Source: Amphiscolops sp. MND2022 (Eukaryota). From it: 64,000 nt of DNA. The stretch spans positions 85,996,001-86,060,000 of the forward strand of contig OZ076409.1 of NCBI GenBank assembly GCA_964187785.1, in the 5' to 3' direction. The translations under genes were made by a program, and so were the position numbers. The notes under the pieces were generated by a model. It saw only the letters and a program-made list of their open reading frames with translations, did not search any database and was not told the origin of the DNA. Positions 60,519 through 64,000 of the stretch are shown piece after piece (the stretch's first letter is position 1; each line of letters starts with the position of its first letter).

Positions 60519-63500
60519 GTGAAAATGGCTATTCAAAAACTTCAAGACAACAAAGCCATTTTAGATAAAAGTCTCGAAACCAGGCGCGGTCTTCTCAAAT
60601 CCGAGTCCTTGACTATTCTTCCGACCGCAGAAAACGTCGTCACAGAAATGAACCCTATCATTCAACAAAAAATGACTGACGCTTTGAATTATATTGATAG
60701 CTGCAATACAGCGGCAAACGATCCATTGGAAAACATCGAAACACCTGGAGTGTCTGGGTTTGAAAGTTCGGAGTTGTCAAAAGACGATGAGAACCGTTCG
60801 CATGCCTTGGATGAGAACCATTCTCCTGCCTTGGAAAAATCCAATGCGTATGAAACACTTGACAAAGGATTGAAAATGCTTAAAGAGGCAAATCAAACAA
60901 CGCTGTTCCTCAAAAAAAAACGACCGGTTTGATAACCCATCTTTTCAACCTCCATCGGCTACTCCAGGTTCCCAAAAAAATTCTCGTTGACAGACCACTC
61001 CCCTACTAGAACATTAGCTATGAGTGAGCCAGCGAAAAAGGCCGGTTCAAAAGTAGGGTCCAATGTTTCGAAAATGAGTGAACGAAGACGATTGGAGGTA
61101 CAAGTTGAACTGGTGGACCAGAAATCACAAATGGAAATAGAAAAAAAGAACGTGAGTTGAAACTAGAGAAGACCCGTAGAGAAATGTAAATGGAAATGGA
61201 GAAGAAGCTCCAAGAGTTGCAGGCAGAATCAGAAATCGCTGAATTGAAGCGCAAGAAAGTTTTTGAAAGGCAGCAAATGCGATTGCAAACAGAAGAGGCT
61301 GAAGTATCGATTCGAGCTTCTTCAATATGTCCTAGCCTGATGTCTCTTACTCTTGAAGAGGACAAAAACAGCGATATCAAAAGTTGGTTTGATCAAGGCG
61401 TTGAAGACTTAGATAAGTGCTTCTCACAACCGAAGGAATCGGAATCTAGCAGAGAAGTAGGAAATATAGGTGAGTCAAGTAAACCGTCTCAGAAGTTCCA
61501 AACATTTGATCACAAAAACCTACTATCGAGAACTCAAGGCCGAGGTTCGAGCAAGTCACCCCAAAAAAACACTGGAATTACTTTTCCGAAAACAAACACC
61601 TAGCTCCAGCAAGACAATGAGAAACCAAAGCATAAAAATGAATTCGCGAAACCTTCATTCAAAATAGAAAGAGAATTGCCTTCCTTCACACCCGCAGTAC
61701 CTGTACAGCAACCTGTACATTTTGTTCAAATAAGCTTACCTAAATTGAAATTATCTGAATTTCATGGAGACCCATTGGAATGGCCAGAATGGTCCAGCTT
61801 GTTCACAGCTACAATCCATAATGCGCCAATTGATGACAATGCAAAAATGAGTCATTTGAAAACACTCGTTAAAGGCAAAGCCAAGGCGGCTATTGCGGGT
61901 CTTGGATACTGAGGAGTCATGTGCAGGTGACAGTGCAGCGTGGAACGCTTTAGTTACCAACTTCGGATGTCCACAAACGATTGTGAATGCTCAGATAAAG
62001 CAAATCCATTTGAGTCCGTTCATCAAGTCGCTTGATTCAGCAGCTATTATAAAGAACGCGCACAGTTGATTACTACATGCGTCAATGTGTTGAAACAATT
62101 CGGATTCACAGGAGATTTGTATTCCGAGTACGTCTTGTATTCGGCGTTGAGGAAGTTACCACCTGATTTGAAAACCAAGTGGTTTTTCTTTGCGAAGAGC
62201 AAAGGCTACTACCATGCTGATCTTTGCTAATTTAGCGAATGGCTGAACGAAGTTGCATATGTCCACGATGAAATGACAGTGCAATTCAAGTCTCAACCAG
62301 AGAAAAAAGGCTACAGCAATACGGAAAAAGTGAAAACCTCAACATTCGCTGCTAATGAGCAGAATAAATCAACATCTGAACCGACAAAGCAATGTCCATT
62401 GAAGGATGGCGACCATATAATTTGGATGTGTACGAAGTTCAAACAACAAGGAGTTAATGAGAGATACGAAACACTGAAGTAATATAAACTTTGTTTTTGT
62501 TGTTTAAACTCGCATTTGATGAAAAATTGCAAGTCGGACAGAGTGTGTGGAGTAAATGGATGCACCAAGAAACATAACAAGCTTTTACATTCGGATTTTC
62601 TCAAAACTGAAAAGGACAAGAAATCGGAGGAGCCCTCGTCTCAAAACAGGGCCGGCGGTTCTTCAATGCTCTCAACTGGTAGCAGTGGCTTCTTACAGTT
62701 GATACCAATTTCAATTGGAAATGAGAAACGAAGCGTTGAAACGATAGCTCTTTGTGATACTGGATCCACAGTATCTTTCTTGGACAAAACTTGGTCAACC
62801 TTTTGAAGTTGAAAGGTAAAGAATCTGTGATGTCGGTAGCTGGAATTCGTGGGCTATCTGAAATGAAGATTGAAATTGATACCGCCAGAATTGGTCCAAG
62901 TGAATCAGACACTGCAGGGGAGAAATTTACCTTCTGCAGTCATCCAAACTTGAATGTCGGTGACAAAATCTATGACTTTACGAAGATGAAAGCAAACTAT
63001 GCTTATTTGAACCATTTGCCGGATATAAAGGTCTCAATGGCTGATGTCAAGGTCGTTCTCGGTCAAGATGCGTACCACCTGATCAGACCTCTTGAATACA
63101 AGTCAGGTGGTAGGGACGAGCCTTGGGCAGTTAAAACTTCCTTGGGATGGACCGTCAGTGGGGGATTATCCAAAAAAGAAACAAAGTATATGGTAGCTTC
63201 GTGTACCTTTTCCGTATCTTCGGATCTTTTAGCGGATCAAATGAAAAATTGGTGGGACATGGAGACATACGCGTCCGTGTGTGATGTCTCAGGACGTTCC
63301 AAGGAGGAAAAGAGAGTCCAAGCAATCTCGGAAAAAACTACCAAGCATAACGGCGAACGTTATGAAGTAGGACCTTTGTGTGCTGATGACAACCCTAATC
63401 TGCCGAACAACTATTATTCTGCGTACCAACAGTTTCTGTCAATGGAGAGAAGATTAAGCAAGGATCAATAGTTGAAAGCAGCTTACAAAGCTACCATTGA

Positions 63501-64000
63501 GAAGGACTTGGCAAATCATTTTGTACGAAAACTGGAACAAGAAGTTGTGAGTACAGAGAATGACATGCAATGGTATTTACTTCATCATCCTGTCAAGCAT
63601 CCACACAAGCCAGGCAAGGTTCGAAGAGTTTGTAATGCAGCTTCGATGTTTAAAGGCGTTTCGCTGAATGACAATCTTCTCAGCGGACCTGATTTATTGC
63701 GCAACTTAGTGGGAATTGTTTTCAGGTTCAGAGAACATCTGATAGCAATCACTGCCGATATAGCGTCAAAGTTTTTACAAGTCGCAGTTCCGAAAGAAAA
63801 ATGTAGAGTTTTACGTTTTCTCTGGCGAGATAAACCAAATGATCATTGGAATTTTCGAATATTACAGGCATGTGTTTGGAGCAAGGAGTTCTCCAACATG
63901 TGCCAATTATGGTTTCCAGCAGTGCGGTAGAGAAAACAAAAGCGAATTTCCTGTAGCAGCCGCTACAGTAGACAGAAACTTCTATATGGACGACCTTTTT
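60519..64000 (+). pseudogene. Decayed BEL/Pao gag-pol, running off the window end
   Basis: KLKLSEFHGDPLEWPEWSSLF; three Cys/His knuckles ending CGVNGCTKKHNKLLH; protease ALCDTGS; AVKTSLGWTVSG; YLLHHPV..KPGKVRRVCNAA; RNFYMDD at 63983-63994. Multiple stops and frameshifts. Confidence 0.92.

Overview
AT-rich eukaryotic (invertebrate-like, by inference) genomic DNA made up mostly of transposable elements, with a 200-N assembly gap at 34115-34314. The main feature is a young, full-length 16,153-bp Ty3/Gypsy LTR retrotransposon (40411-56563) with two 1,939-bp LTRs and an ATTGC target-site duplication. Its architecture is unusual in five ways: (i) gag starts 568 nt inside the LTR and reads through the PBS; (ii) gag and pol are joined by an A_AAA_AAC -1 frameshift; (iii) downstream of pol there is a large ANTISENSE, intron-containing gene with a BED-type zinc finger and apparent catalytically dead hAT-transposase ancestry; (iv) a divergent sense ORF4 with a CxxC motif reads into the 3' LTR; (v) there is no polypurine tract. 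A decayed, divergent relative at about 1.9-16 kb keeps the same gag / pol / antisense gene / ORF4 order and one shared intron position, which suggests a conserved lineage-level design. Also present: a Polinton packaging-ATPase relic, a Copia relic, a decayed BEL/Pao element preceded by an SGNH-hydrolase ORF, a hAT relic, Helentron-like (HINE) repeats, MITEs, a foldback-like inverted array, a tRNA-like SINE head, and two exons of a probable secreted F-type-lectin-like host gene. All alignments were made by eye.
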